A model generated the notes under the pieces. The model searched no databases. It saw nothing but the letters and a program-made list of their open reading frames with translations, and was not told where the DNA came from. A stretch of 64,000 nucleotides of DNA from an uncultured delta proteobacterium (GTDB lineage Bacteria; Desulfobacterota; Binatia; Binatales; Binataceae): the NCBI GenBank assembly GCA_963783145.1, contig CAWAMM010000004.1, positions 326,414 through 390,413 of the forward strand. Direction: 5' to 3'. Positions 8,925 through 19,861 of this stretch are shown here, piece by piece. The position numbers and the translations under genes were made by a program. Within the stretch, counting starts at the first letter, position 1. Each line of letters opens with the position of its first letter.

Positions 8925-11682
8925 ATGGCGAGCAATAGTTTCGGCGCGCGTACTACTCTCAAGGTCGGCTCGACCGACTACACCATCTTCAAACTGGAGA
9001 CCCTCGAAAAACGCGGCTACGCGATCGCGCGCCTGCCGTTCTCCATTCGCGTGATGCTGGAAAACGTGCTGCGGCGCGAGGACGGCGGCGTCGTAACCGC
9101 GGATCAGATCGAGGCGGTCGCAAAATTCAATGGCAAGGGCGGCGAGAGCGAGGTCTCGTTCATGCCGGCGCGCGTGTTGTTGCAGGACTTCACCGGCGTG
9201 CCGGTCGTGGCAGATCTCGCAGTGATGCGCGATGCGATCAAGCGTCTCGGCGGCGATCCCGCGACTATCAATCCACTGCAGCCGGTCGATCTGGTGATCG
9301 ATCATTCGGTGCAGGTCGACGCGTCCGGGACTAAGGCCGCATTCGCGACCAACGCCGAACTGGAGTTCCAGCGCAACCGCGAGCGTTACCTGTTCCTTCG
9401 ATGGGGACAGGGCGGCTTCGATAATTTTCGCGTAGTGCCGCCCGACACCGGCATCGTGCATCAGGTGAACCTCGAATTTCTCGCGCCGGTGGTGTTCAGC
9501 TCGAAGGACAACCGAGGCATATCCCGATACAGTGCTCGGCACCGATTCGCATACCACGATGGTCAATGGGCTGGGCGTCGTCGGGTGGGGCGTCGGAGGT
9601 ATCGAGGCCGAAGCCGCGATGCTCGGGCGCTCGATGCCGATGCTGATTCCCGACGTTATCGGCATGCGGCTGACCGGCAGTCTGCGGCCGGGCGCCACGG
9701 CGACTGACCTCGTACTCACTGCGACTCAGATGCTGCGCAAGCGCGGCGTGGTCGGAAAATTTGTCGAATATACCGGGGCGGGCATCAAGACCTTGAGCGT
9801 CGCCGATCGCGCGACGCTGGCCAACATGGCGCCCGAGTATGGTGCGACGATCGGATTCTTCCCGGTCGATCAGCAGACCCTCGACTATCTGCGCGTCACC
9901 GGCAGGCCGGCCGATCGGCTCGCGCTGATCGAGGCGTACTGCAAGGAGCAGGGCCTGTTCCGCACCGATACGTCGCCGGAGCCCATCTTCACCGATACGC
10001 TCGAACTCGATCTCGGCAGCGTCGAGCCGAGCCTCGCAGGTCCGCGGCGTCCGCAAGATCGGGTGCCGCTGGCCAACGCCAAGAAAGATTTTCGCCGGCA
10101 GCTGGTGAAAGAAATCCACGGCGACGTGCAAGGTCCAGCGAAGCAGCGCATCGAGGACTGGATCGAGGAAGGCGGAAACGTCAACGCCGCGGAGCCCGAG
10201 GGCTCGCATCTGAAGCCGCTCGGCGCCAGCGCGCAGGTTGACGCCGACGGCGCCAGTTTCGCGCTGTGCCACGGCTCGCTCGTCATCGCGGCGATTACGA
10301 GTTGCACCAACACCTCGAATCCATCGGTGATGATCGGTGCGGGACTCCTTGCGAAGAAAGCCGTCGCACGCGGGCTCACCGTCAAGCCGTGGGTGAAAAC
10401 CAGTCTCGCGCCCGGATCGAAAGTGGTCAGCGACTATCTCAAGCGCGCCGGTCTGATCGAGCCGCTCGAGCAACTGCACTTCAACATCGTCGGCTACGGA
10501 TGCACCACCTGCATCGGCAACAGCGGACCCGTCGCGGAGGGGATCGCCGCGGCGATCAGCAAGAACAACCTGGTCGCGAGCGCGATTCTGAGCGGCAATC
10601 GCAATTTCGAAGGCCGCATCAATCCGGTCGTGCGCTTCAACTATCTCGCGTCGCCACCGCTAGTGGTCGCCTACGCGATCGCGGGCACCATGGATTTCGA
10701 CGTCGAAACCCAACCGCTGGGTACCGACCAGAGCGGCAAGCCGGTGTTCCTCAAGGACATCTGGCCGACGTCGGAAGAAATCGCGGCGACGGTTGCGAGC
10801 TCGATCGATTCCGAGATGTTCCGCAAATCATATGGAAAAGTCTTCGACGGCGACGAGCGATGGCAGGGCCTCGCGGTTCCGAAGGGAAATCTCTTCCAGT
10901 GGGATGTGAAATCGGAATACGTCAAGGCGCCGCCGTTTTTCGATGGGGTCGGCAAGACGCCTCAGCCGCTGAAAGACATCGTCGGCGCGCGCGTTCTGGC
11001 GGTACTCGGCGATAGCGTCACCACCGATCACATCTCACCGGCGGGAAATATCGCGCGCAACGGTCCTGCCGGCGAGTACCTGGTCGCGCACGGCGTGGAC
11101 CCGAAGGATTTCAATTCGTATGGCGCGCGTCGCGGCAATCATGAGGTGATGGTGCGCGGCACGTTTGCGAACATCCGCTTGCGCAACCTAATGGTGCCCG
11201 GCGTTGAAGGCGGTTTCACCGCGCATCAACCGAGCGGCGAGAAGATGACGATCTTCGCGGCCTCGGAGCGCTATCGCGCAGAAGGCGTTCCACTCATTGT
11301 CATTGCCGGCAAGGAATACGGCACCGGATCCTCGCGCGATTGGGCCGCTAAGGGCACGCAACTCCTTGGCGTGCGCGCGGCGATTGCGGAAAGCTTCGAG
11401 CGGATCCATCGCAGCAATCTGGTCGGGATGGGGGTGCTGCCGCTCGAATTCACCAATGGCCAGAATCGCGAGTCGCTGGGGCTCACTGGACGCGAGAAGT
11501 TTACCATCGCAGGATTGGCGGCAGGCTTGAAGCGTGGACAGAAGCTCACGGTGCGCGCCGAGCTCGATGGCAAGGTCATCGAATTCGAGACGCTCGCGCG
11601 GGTCGACACGCCAGATGACGTCGAATTCATCAAGCACGGCGGGATTTTGCCGTTGACGCTGCGCGAGTTGCTGCACGCTTAG
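8925..11682 (+). pseudogene. acnA: Aconitate hydratase A (AcnA), reading frame broken by an apparent single-base indel around 9505-9530
   Basis: ORF 8859..9707 carries the AcnA N-terminus (MASNSFGARTTLKVGSTDYTIFKLETLEKRGY...HQVNLEFLAPVV). The conserved continuation AYPDTVLGTDSHTTMVNGLGVVGWGVGGIEAEA is in the +1 frame (ORF 9532..11682), which carries the rest including the C-terminal swivel domain. Two overlapping ORFs in different frames. Confidence 0.85.
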
Positions 11683-11703
11683 CTTCGTTGGGGGTGCCAC
11701 CGG

Positions 11704-12435
11704 ATGGAAACCAAGGTCGATGAAATCGCTGACAAAATTTATCGGTTCTCCACGCTGATTCCTGGAGTCGCGGGTCCGGCGGGGCTCACCTTCAACCAGT
11801 TTCTGATCGATGCCGACGAACCGCTGCTCTTCCACACCGGCCAGCGGCCGCTGTTCGCCGCGATTTCCGCCGCGGCCGCGCGCATCATCGACCTCGCGAA
11901 ACTACGCTGGATCACCTTCAGCCACGTCGAATCCGATGAATGCGGCGCGCTCAACGAATGGCTCGCGATCGCTCCCAAAGCGACTGCGGCGCATGGACGT
12001 GTCGGATGTAACATCTGGCTGAACGACATGGCGGATCGTCCGCCGCGCGCGCTCGCAAATGGTGAGGTACTCGACCTCGGCGGAAAGAAGGTGCATCGCA
12101 TCGACACGCCGCATCTACCGCATTGTTGGGATGCCGGGCTGATTTACGAGGAAACCACCGGAACCTTGTTCACCAGTGATGTTTTCACACATCCCGGCGA
12201 GGTGCCGGCGCTCACCGAAAATGACATCGTCGGCCCCGCGCTCGCCCTGGAGAAGGTGCTCCCGTTTACAGCTGTCTCGCCCGAGACGGTTTCGACGTTG
12301 CGAAAGCTGGCGGCATTGTCACCGCGCAAATTGGCGCTGATGCACGGCTCGTCATTCTCGGGGAAGGGACAAGTTCCACTCGAAGCGCTCGCGAGCCATT
12401 ACGAGGAAAAACTGCGCGCTTCCATCGCTAAGTGA
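11704..12435 (+). CDS. MBL-fold / ODP-like (FprA N-terminal-domain-like) metalloprotein
   Basis: Beta-lactamase-like fold signature. The H-x-E-x-D-H metal motif is replaced by SHVESDECG (HxExDE). Confidence 0.5.
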   Translation: METKVDEIADKIYRFSTLIPGVAGPAGLTFNQFLIDADEPLLFHTGQRPLFAAISAAAARIIDLAKLRWITFSHVESDECGALNEWLAIAPKATAAHGRVGCNIWLNDMADRPPRALANGEVLDLGGKKVHRIDTPHLPHCWDAGLIYEETTGTLFTSDVFTHPGEVPALTENDIVGPALALEKVLPFTAVSPETVSTLRKLAALSPRKLALMHGSSFSGKGQVPLEALASHYEEKLRASIAK

Positions 12436-12450
12436 TTTATCAACGTTGAA

Positions 12451-13578
12451 TCAGACGGGGAGTGGCTTTGCGAGATCGAGGCGGACCGCGGCGCCGCTCT
12501 TGCGTGCCGCGTAGCGCGAGAGCAGCCGCACCACCGCGGGCGTCACTTCGCCGATGGCCTCGGGACGGAAGCCGACTACCTCGGCGCCGCGGGTGCGCAT
12601 CATACCCAGCATCGAAAGCCGCAGCAGCGAGCCCACCGCCTGGCAATAGCGGAAGCGCTCGAAGTCCAGCGGCGCCATCGCGTGATAGAGCGGGATGTAC
12701 AGCGACGCGAACAGGGTGCGCAGTGAATTTCCCACCGGGTTGTCGCGCATCCAGCGCGGATGCTCCATCGCCGAGGACGACAGGATCGCGGCAGTCATCG
12801 CGGCGTCGAGATGACGATCGCCGATGTCGGTGTTGACCCAATCGATCACACCGTTAACGCGGAACCCCTCCACCACGACGTTTTGTGGATGGTAGTCCAT
12901 GTGCACCAGCGAAAGCGGCGTGGTGCGGAATTCGGATGCGCGAGCCGCGAGGCGGGCGTGCGCTTCCTTTAGTCCGGGCAGGGGTCCTTGCTCGACGCGC
13001 TGCGCGATTATCTTGAGCATTCGATCAAGCAGCGGCGCGTTGGCATCGATTCCCGCCGGCGCATAGGCGCGCGGGATCTCATCAAGCCCGGACTTACGCA
13101 ACTCCATCTGGTGGAGGCGGACCTGCGCGCGCACGAAGCCGAAAAATCCCAGCGAGAAAGTCTTGAACGCGGTTGCAAAACTGCGCGTCGAGAACAGCGG
13201 CCCGCCGGGCACCCGCTCCATGATAAGAAACGGCGCGCCGAGCACCTCGTGCGAGGGCTCGTAGCCGTACGGTTTCGGAACGCAGAACCCGGCGCCGGCG
13301 AGTTTCGCAATGTTGATGTTTTCGCGCCCGCCCTTCGCGTCAGCGAAGGGTCCCTGGTAGAAGCGCAGCACCAGTGGCGTACGAGGCGGTATCAGAGGCA
13401 GGCGCGAGGAGTTCGACGCGGCTGCGAATTCGAAGACCGTGGTCTCCCATCCGCTGGCGAGGACCTTCAGCGAAAGCAGCGGCGTGCCGAGGTATTCGGC
13501 TAGGCGGGTTTGGATCTCGGCAAGTTCCAGCATCGCAATATTGCGGCTGACGCTAGTACATACGCGACGCGCTGGCAA
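12451..13578 (-). CDS. Phosphotransferase enzyme family protein (APH/CotS/choline-kinase-like kinase)
   Basis: Brenner motif HMDYHPQNVVV and downstream DWVNTDIGD (HxDxxxxN...D). The start may be the internal Met (MLELAEI) at about 13533. Confidence 0.7.
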   Translation of the reverse strand: MPARRVCTSVSRNIAMLELAEIQTRLAEYLGTPLLSLKVLASGWETTVFEFAAASNSSRLPLIPPRTPLVLRFYQGPFADAKGGRENINIAKLAGAGFCVPKPYGYEPSHEVLGAPFLIMERVPGGPLFSTRSFATAFKTFSLGFFGFVRAQVRLHQMELRKSGLDEIPRAYAPAGIDANAPLLDRMLKIIAQRVEQGPLPGLKEAHARLAARASEFRTTPLSLVHMDYHPQNVVVEGFRVNGVIDWVNTDIGDRHLDAAMTAAILSSSAMEHPRWMRDNPVGNSLRTLFASLYIPLYHAMAPLDFERFRYCQAVGSLLRLSMLGMMRTRGAEVVGFRPEAIGEVTPAVVRLLSRYAARKSGAAVRLDLAKPLPV

Positions 13579-13608
13579 GAAACTGACACGCGTGTCAGGT
13601 GTCCGAGA

Positions 13609-14913
13609 TCAGGGTTGCTCAGGTTGACGATGCGGATGCAGTTTGCGCAAGAGTTCCCTCATCAGATGATGATGCTGCGGCTGCGAAGAATCGCGCTCCT
13701 GATCCGATAGCGGGCGTTCTGCCGGCGGCAGGTTCTCATTCGGCACCACCTGCCCGCCTTTGAAGAAGTGGCGCTGCACGATCGAAGAAAGCAGCGGCCC
13801 GTGGGTATCGTGGATATCGATGGAGGTGTCCACCGACAGACCCAGGCGCAGGGGTTTGTCGGCCGGTGGTTCCTCATCCAGGACGATCTTCACCGGGATC
13901 CGTTGGACGACCTTGACCCAGTTGCCGGTCGCGTTCTCGGGTGGAAGCAGTGAGAACGCGGCGCCGGTCCCCATGCTGATGGAGTCGACATGGCCCTGAT
14001 AGATGTGATCCGGGTAGATGTCAGCCTCGATGGTTGTCTTCTGCCCGACGCGGACGTAGGTGAGCTGGGTCTCTTTGAAATTTGCCACGATGTAGAGATG
14101 CTGCGTCGGAACATCCGCCATCAGAGGCTCGCCCGGCTGCACCCGGTGGCCGACGTGAACACTCTTGTGGGTGATGATGCCATCGAAGGGTGCGGTTATC
14201 CGGGTGTATGCGAGGTCGAGCTTGGCTTGCTCGAGCGCCGCACGCGCTTGCTGGACGATCGGACGATCGTAGCGCGAATCATCCAGGGCTTCTTCCTGAC
14301 TCTTTGCTTCCTGGGTCACCGCGGCGCTCGCATCGTCTTTGGCATCGGAAAAAGACGCGGGTGCCGGCGCTTGATCCTGAATCGTTCCGCCCAAAGCGGC
14401 GCGTGCCTGCGATACCTCATGCTGCGCGAGGGCGACGTTAGCCTCGCCCATCCGATAGGCAGTTACCGCCTGATCGTAAAATTCACTAGAAACGACGCCG
14501 GCCTTGCGCAGTTGCTCGGCGCGAGTGTAATCGAGCTTCGCCTGTTTGGCCTGCGAGTCCGCCAGCGCGAGTCCGGCTTCGGCGGCATTGACCTGCGCGA
14601 ACATCTCATCGACGGTTTGCTTGGCGCGCGCCAGTTGCGCCTCGGCCTGGCTGACGCGGACCTGGAAGTCGCTCGGATCGAGCGTCACCAGCAGATCGCC
14701 GCGCTTGACCGTCCAATTGTCCTCGACATAAACCGCTGACACGGTACCGGACACGCGAGTCGAAACCAGCGCCACCGTCCCGTCGACATAAGCGTCATCG
14801 GTCGAGACGTGGGAAGAGAAATAGTTGTAATAACGAATTGCGGGAAAGATGCCGGCGATGACCACCACGATAACGATGGCCAATAGCGCCCGGCGCAGCC
14901 AGGGAGATTTCAT
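13609..14913 (-). CDS. HlyD-family secretion protein / EmrA-like membrane-fusion (periplasmic adaptor) protein with a C-terminal His/Pro-rich tail
   Basis: N-terminal TM anchor. Conserved VSTDDAYVDG...VSTRVSGTV...VKRGDLLVTLD biotinyl-lipoyl-like motif. Coiled-coil middle. Beta-barrel C-terminal part. Confidence 0.85.
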   Translation of the reverse strand: MKSPWLRRALLAIVIVVVIAGIFPAIRYYNYFSSHVSTDDAYVDGTVALVSTRVSGTVSAVYVEDNWTVKRGDLLVTLDPSDFQVRVSQAEAQLARAKQTVDEMFAQVNAAEAGLALADSQAKQAKLDYTRAEQLRKAGVVSSEFYDQAVTAYRMGEANVALAQHEVSQARAALGGTIQDQAPAPASFSDAKDDASAAVTQEAKSQEEALDDSRYDRPIVQQARAALEQAKLDLAYTRITAPFDGIITHKSVHVGHRVQPGEPLMADVPTQHLYIVANFKETQLTYVRVGQKTTIEADIYPDHIYQGHVDSISMGTGAAFSLLPPENATGNWVKVVQRIPVKIVLDEEPPADKPLRLGLSVDTSIDIHDTHGPLLSSIVQRHFFKGGQVVPNENLPPAERPLSDQERDSSQPQHHHLMRELLRKLHPHRQPEQP

Positions 14914-15112
14914 AATTTAATCAGCGCGCCCCGCGACCCAAACGGATCCGCCGCGGCGTCAATCCATGCCTCGAGATGAACAGTTTCGCTAACTTTGCGT
15001 GATCCCGCCATGCTGTCAAACCGCCCGGCGACTTTGCTTGCCGCCCCGGTCATCCATACCGCTTCGTTTGCCATCCCCTTCGTCGCGCGACTTCATCGAG
15101 CCTTCGGTGCCG

Positions 15113-15853
15113 CTAGGGTTGTACGATGGTGACAACCGGTCCGCCAGTAGCGTGTGCGACGACGGCGCCATTGATAAGCAGATCGATATTGAACGGACCG
15201 AGGGTCTGAATCTGTTGGATGGTGGCGTCGACGTCGCCATTGGGACTATCGAATAGTATCAGCGCCGGCACGCGATCGCTGAACTCGAAGCCGGTGTTGC
15301 TGTCCTCGAAGAGACCCGAAAAACGTTCGCTCAGGGGTCCCTTGACGAACAGCCGGACGTCAGGACTTTGCGCGGGAGGAGGAGGGTCGAAGCCCGGAGC
15401 GGTTAGGCCGTTTTGAATCGACGTAGTGCCATAAGGATCGCTGGTAGACTCGACATCCTCGACATTGAAGCCGACGGTGAGCTGCAGGCTGAGAATACCG
15501 TTCCCTCCCGAGAGCTTGGTCGCGATCACCCGCACCGGAGTTTGATTATTAACGATTATGAGGTTCATCGGTACGGAGCCGGTGACCTTCCAGCTAGTAT
15601 GCGAATCGGAAACCAGGGCGGTGAATTGCATGCCTGCCTGGCCGAGGACACGGAAAGCCGCCCCCGGTGGGCTGTTAGGGGTATTACCGACGCCCGTCTG
15701 GAAGGCTCCCAAGCCGCCGTTACAGGCGGGCAGCAGCAAGGCCAGTAGCGCTCCAGCCCAAACCCAAAGACGAACGATTCGCAATCCGCCACGCATCGGA
15801 TGGTTCCAGCTCAAAGCGGGCTCGCCGATGTCCCAGTGCATATCCCAGGACAC
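15113..15853 (-). CDS. Hypothetical secreted lipoprotein
   Basis: Hydrophobic signal ending LLLPAC (lipobox-like). Probable true start is the internal Met (MRGGLRIV) near 15796. No family recognised. Overlaps the upstream gene by 43 nt, so probably co-transcribed. Confidence 0.5.
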   Translation of the reverse strand: MSWDMHWDIGEPALSWNHPMRGGLRIVRLWVWAGALLALLLPACNGGLGAFQTGVGNTPNSPPGAAFRVLGQAGMQFTALVSDSHTSWKVTGSVPMNLIIVNNQTPVRVIATKLSGGNGILSLQLTVGFNVEDVESTSDPYGTTSIQNGLTAPGFDPPPPAQSPDVRLFVKGPLSERFSGLFEDSNTGFEFSDRVPALILFDSPNGDVDATIQQIQTLGPFNIDLLINGAVVAHATGGPVVTIVQP

Positions 15854-17991
15854 GGCCCGGATGCCGAGTCAGAGTTACTGCATGAGCTGGGGCACGGTGA
15901 TGAAGTTGCGCCCGGTTGCGGAACCGTCACGGGTTGGGCAGGGCCGATCGCGGTTGGCGTTGGAATTGGCGTCGCAATCGCGGTTCCGGACATGGTTGCC
16001 CCTGGCGTCGCCGTGGGTAGGGTTTCAAATCGTTGTAATACGTAATCATCGGGCGGAACGCACAGCGAATACTGGGCGTTGCCGTTGGGGTTGCTGGAAG
16101 AGAACAGTCCGGACGCGGTTCCGAGGACCTGGACTTCTTGATTTGCCACCATATCCAGCTTTTCCACCTCGATAGTAGTGCCGCTGTCGGGATTTTGTAC
16201 GGTCCCGGTGATGCTTCCGTGGCCGACACAATCCATCGCAGGCATCATCAACGGCGTCGGCGTGGGCTCCGGCACGGCCGGTGGTGTCGGTTGCGGCGTT
16301 TCGACCGGGGGGACAAAGGCGCACGGCGCCGAGGGCGCCGGGACATCGGCGAGCACCGAAATATCGTGGCCCGGGAAGGGCGAGGTCGCGCCGAGATAGG
16401 GATCAATCGCAACCGCAAACAAATCAAAGTTCGGTCCTGCTCCCGTGATGGGAACATTCAGCGTGAAGGGTTGCGAGGTTTGTTGGTTGCGGAACACTAC
16501 CGGCTGCGTCAACGCCGACACGATCTGATTGGTCCCGCTATTCTCAGCGAAGACCTGCACCATAACGGAGTTACCAGGCGGAGGATCAGTTACCAGGTTT
16601 ACGGTGCCACTGATGTATCCGGTCGTCAGCGAGAAGTTGCAGATAGTCGAAGGGTTGGCGCTTGATGCAGAACAGACCTGATTCTTATTTGCCTTCAAAA
16701 AGACGCCGGAGAAGAGCGACGAATATCCGCTGGCTGTGACTCGCACCGCTAGATCGGGATTGCCTAACGGGATTTGGGAGAAGGGCGCCGGGTTCTTGGT
16801 GGTCCCGGGCAAGGGATAATCTCCCGACTGATCCGTGGTGGCGCTTGCAACCGCCACGCACTGGTCGGGATTGCTGAGACAGAACCCGGGCGCGGGAGGT
16901 GTTGGTCGAGGCTTCGGCAACATCGTCGCAGGAGGAGGTGCCAGCAGCTCCAATTGAGCGCCTTGAATCGCGCTCCCCGTGCAACCATCGGAAATGGTGC
17001 CGGTGAAGGTGGTCGGAGTGACCGCAGTGGGGGACAGGTTTTCGGTTACGGACAGGCCGGGTACCAACCGAATGTTCTGCACCGTCTCGAAAGAGCCGGT
17101 GCCACCGGACGTGAAAATATCATAAGTAGTTCCGCCCGAGGCGGCCGGCAACTCCAGGGTATAGACGCCTTTGGCCTTTACCGGAGCGGTCTCAATTATC
17201 GTGTTGGTGCCGCTGACTTCCGCCGATACTGAAAGGGGCGCAAATGTTGAGCTTGAGGAGGTTCCCTTGAGCGAAACGCTACCGGTCACCGTACCGAGAA
17301 ATGAACCGAAATTTACTTCACTGGCGCTAATGTTTGCCACGTAGGGGTCGCCGGTGTCGACTGGTCCCGTAGCTATGCTCACTGCGAGTTGGAGTACCAG
17401 CGGCGCGGTTGCGTTCGCGCTGACGGTGAGCGGTGTCGGCAGAGTGAAAATGACATTGTTGAGGTTCGCACTAATGGTGTTGAACTCCAACGGATAGTTG
17501 ACGCAGCCCTCGGTGTTGGAGATTGCCGCTTGGCACGCCGGTACGATGGTGCCCGGCAGCAAAGGGTCCACCAGCACTTGCACCGTATTATAGGTCGCCG
17601 CCGGCACCCCTCCGATGTTGAAAAAGGTCGCCTGCGTCTGGCCCTTGATCAGATCGAGTTGCAAATCCCCTGGATTTTGCTGGTTCCCAGTGCCGACCCC
17701 AGACGGTACCGCTATGGTGACCCAACCTGGTGAGGTCGAGGTCGCACCACTGCTTTGATTGATGCGGATGCCGGAAATATTCAGCAAAACGCTGCGGAAA
17801 TTCCCCTGCGGAGGCACTCCCACCAATGCCACTGCTACGCTGGCGCTGGTCGGCGCCGGAGTTGGACTGGAACTGCCGCCGCCGCCGCATCCGGATGGTC
17901 CAACCAGTAAGCCGCACAAAAGAATCAGGGGTGGCAGGATGGAAAAAACCATCCACCACGGATGTTGATGCTTCACTCGTGAATCACTCAA
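15811..17991 (-). CDS. Large Thr/Ser/Pro/Gly-rich surface lipoprotein with repeated beta-sandwich (CarboxypepD_reg/Cna-B-like) modules
   Basis: Signal peptide plus Cys-Gly-rich lipobox region (LLVGPSGCGGGG). Low-complexity PTPAPT linkers. Recurring G.I.G.V....G.Y.L patterns typical of carboxypeptidase-regulatory-like domains. 726 aa. Confidence 0.55.
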   Translation of the reverse strand: MSDSRVKHQHPWWMVFSILPPLILLCGLLVGPSGCGGGGSSSPTPAPTSASVAVALVGVPPQGNFRSVLLNISGIRINQSSGATSTSPGWVTIAVPSGVGTGNQQNPGDLQLDLIKGQTQATFFNIGGVPAATYNTVQVLVDPLLPGTIVPACQAAISNTEGCVNYPLEFNTISANLNNVIFTLPTPLTVSANATAPLVLQLAVSIATGPVDTGDPYVANISASEVNFGSFLGTVTGSVSLKGTSSSSTFAPLSVSAEVSGTNTIIETAPVKAKGVYTLELPAASGGTTYDIFTSGGTGSFETVQNIRLVPGLSVTENLSPTAVTPTTFTGTISDGCTGSAIQGAQLELLAPPPATMLPKPRPTPPAPGFCLSNPDQCVAVASATTDQSGDYPLPGTTKNPAPFSQIPLGNPDLAVRVTASGYSSLFSGVFLKANKNQVCSASSANPSTICNFSLTTGYISGTVNLVTDPPPGNSVMVQVFAENSGTNQIVSALTQPVVFRNQQTSQPFTLNVPITGAGPNFDLFAVAIDPYLGATSPFPGHDISVLADVPAPSAPCAFVPPVETPQPTPPAVPEPTPTPLMMPAMDCVGHGSITGTVQNPDSGTTIEVEKLDMVANQEVQVLGTASGLFSSSNPNGNAQYSLCVPPDDYVLQRFETLPTATPGATMSGTAIATPIPTPTAIGPAQPVTVPQPGATSSPCPSSCSNSDSASGPCPGICTGTSASPL

Positions 17992-18127
17992 GTAGGAGAT
18001 TTAGATAACGTAACGGTTTGGGATAACCTAACAGATACATGAACGCAAGGAAGCTGCCCCAAGCCAAGCTTGTCACGCGCCATCTTGACGCAGCCCACGT
18101 GCGACCGAACAATCATTTCCATCACCG

Positions 18128-19813
18128 GTGCGTTGCCCCGTATCTCCGTCAATGATGAATCCGCGCATGAGACCGATTCTGTTCCCCCGAAGCATCTTCG
18201 CACTATGCTTGATGTTGCTGATCTCGATCGCCGCCGCGTCCGTTACGGATGCCTCGATGTCCCTCTCGATCGGGAATCCCAGCCTGGAACATTTCGATTC
18301 CGATGGCGGCGTCGAGCTAAATTTCGGCCTGACCGACAACAACGGCCAGCCGGTCGGCAATCTCAAACCCGAAAATGTCAAAGTATTCGAGGATGGCAAG
18401 CCGGCCAAGATCATCGATTTCCGCGGCGTCGGGCAAGGCCGCCCGGTCGACATCGTCTTTGTCCTCGATGTCACCGAATCGATGCAGCCCTATATCGATG
18501 CGGTCAAACAGAACGTCATCCAATTCGTCCAGGACCTCTCGGCCAACAATCGCGACTACCGGCTCGGCCTGGTGACCTTCGAAGATTACGTCGTCTCCAA
18601 ATATCCCGATTGTAACTGCGAGTATCGCAATAGCTTCACTTCGAATGTGCACCAGTTTACCGATTGGGTCAGCTCGCTGCACGCGGGCGGCGGTGGCGAC
18701 ATTCCCGAGGATCAGCTCGACGCGCTCGCCTATGCGGCCAGCTTTCCGTTCCGGCCCCAGGCCGAGGGAATCATTATCATCGTGACCGATGCGCCGCCGC
18801 ATCATAAAGGCGACGGCTCCCGCTACACCCAACACGATCAGGCCTACCATGATCATCATGCCTCCGACACCGACGTCACCGAGGAGACCGGCGATGATGT
18901 CGCGGCCACCCTCAAGAAAAATGGTCTGACCCTGTATGCGGTGGTACCACCGCCATTCATCGCGCCTGAGTATCAGCAGATCGTCGATGCCACCCACGGC
19001 AAGTCCTACAACATCATTACCGAGGAAGGTCGCTTCGCCTCGCTGGTGCGTGAGATCGGGCATTCGATTGCGACCGAGTACTCGCTGACCTATCGCACGC
19101 CGCGTCCCATCGAAGATGGGACCGACCGCGCGGTTGAGCTGCAGGTCGACTACGACGGCAACACTGCCGAGGCGAAGACTTCCTACCAGGTGCGCGGCGT
19201 GGGAGGCGCGGCGATCAACGTCCCCGAAGACAATGGCGTCGGTGGCGCAGCTGCGGGCAACGAAAATGTCCCCGGCACCGGGCTCGAGCAACTATCATTC
19301 AAATGGTGGAATGGCGCGGTTCCGCTGCTCGCGCTGCTGATGCTCTTCGCGCTGTCGAAGCTACGCTTCGGCCTCTCCACCGACGAGCTCAAGGCCGCGC
19401 TGGAAGCGCAGGCCCGCGCTCCGGCCGGAGGTCCGCGCGCTCCCGTCGTCGTGCAGTCGGCGCCGCGCGCGCCGGCATCATCACCCTCGACCGCGCCTCG
19501 GGTGGCAGCCTCGACCGGAGGTGCCGCGCGTCTGATGACGATCAACCCTGTCGATCCGGTCCCCTCGGAATACAGCCTTTTTAAAGATGAGGTCACGGTC
19601 GGCCGCGGCGAGGACAACGACGTGGTGATACCGCATTCGAGTGTCTCGCGCGCGCATGCGCGGCTGATGAAGCGCAACGGCGCCTATGAGCTGATGGATC
19701 TGAACTCGACCAACGGAACCTTCATCGACGATCGGCGCCTTGCGGGCTCGCAGTCACTGTCCAATGGGAGCCGCGTCCGCTTCGGCGACGTCCAGTTCAT
19801 TTTGAGGTTCTGA
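18128..19813 (+). CDS. vWA domain - transmembrane - FHA domain protein (signalling/scaffold-type)
   Basis: N-terminal signal/TM. vWA with a MIDAS motif (VFVLDVTESM...). Single TM (WWNGAVPLLALLMLFALS). C-terminal FHA domain (VTVGRGEDNDVVIP...VSRAHARL...LNSTNGTFIDDRRL). Confidence 0.8.
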   Translation: MRCPVSPSMMNPRMRPILFPRSIFALCLMLLISIAAASVTDASMSLSIGNPSLEHFDSDGGVELNFGLTDNNGQPVGNLKPENVKVFEDGKPAKIIDFRGVGQGRPVDIVFVLDVTESMQPYIDAVKQNVIQFVQDLSANNRDYRLGLVTFEDYVVSKYPDCNCEYRNSFTSNVHQFTDWVSSLHAGGGGDIPEDQLDALAYAASFPFRPQAEGIIIIVTDAPPHHKGDGSRYTQHDQAYHDHHASDTDVTEETGDDVAATLKKNGLTLYAVVPPPFIAPEYQQIVDATHGKSYNIITEEGRFASLVREIGHSIATEYSLTYRTPRPIEDGTDRAVELQVDYDGNTAEAKTSYQVRGVGGAAINVPEDNGVGGAAAGNENVPGTGLEQLSFKWWNGAVPLLALLMLFALSKLRFGLSTDELKAALEAQARAPAGGPRAPVVVQSAPRAPASSPSTAPRVAASTGGAARLMTINPVDPVPSEYSLFKDEVTVGRGEDNDVVIPHSSVSRAHARLMKRNGAYELMDLNSTNGTFIDDRRLAGSQSLSNGSRVRFGDVQFILRF

Positions 19814-19861
19814 AGTTTAGTATTTCCCTTCTTCTCCTTCCTAATGCTCCTCCTTAATGCT

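Noticed and set aside
18317-19291. 324-aa minus-strand ORF
   Set aside because: Antisense to the vWA-FHA gene.
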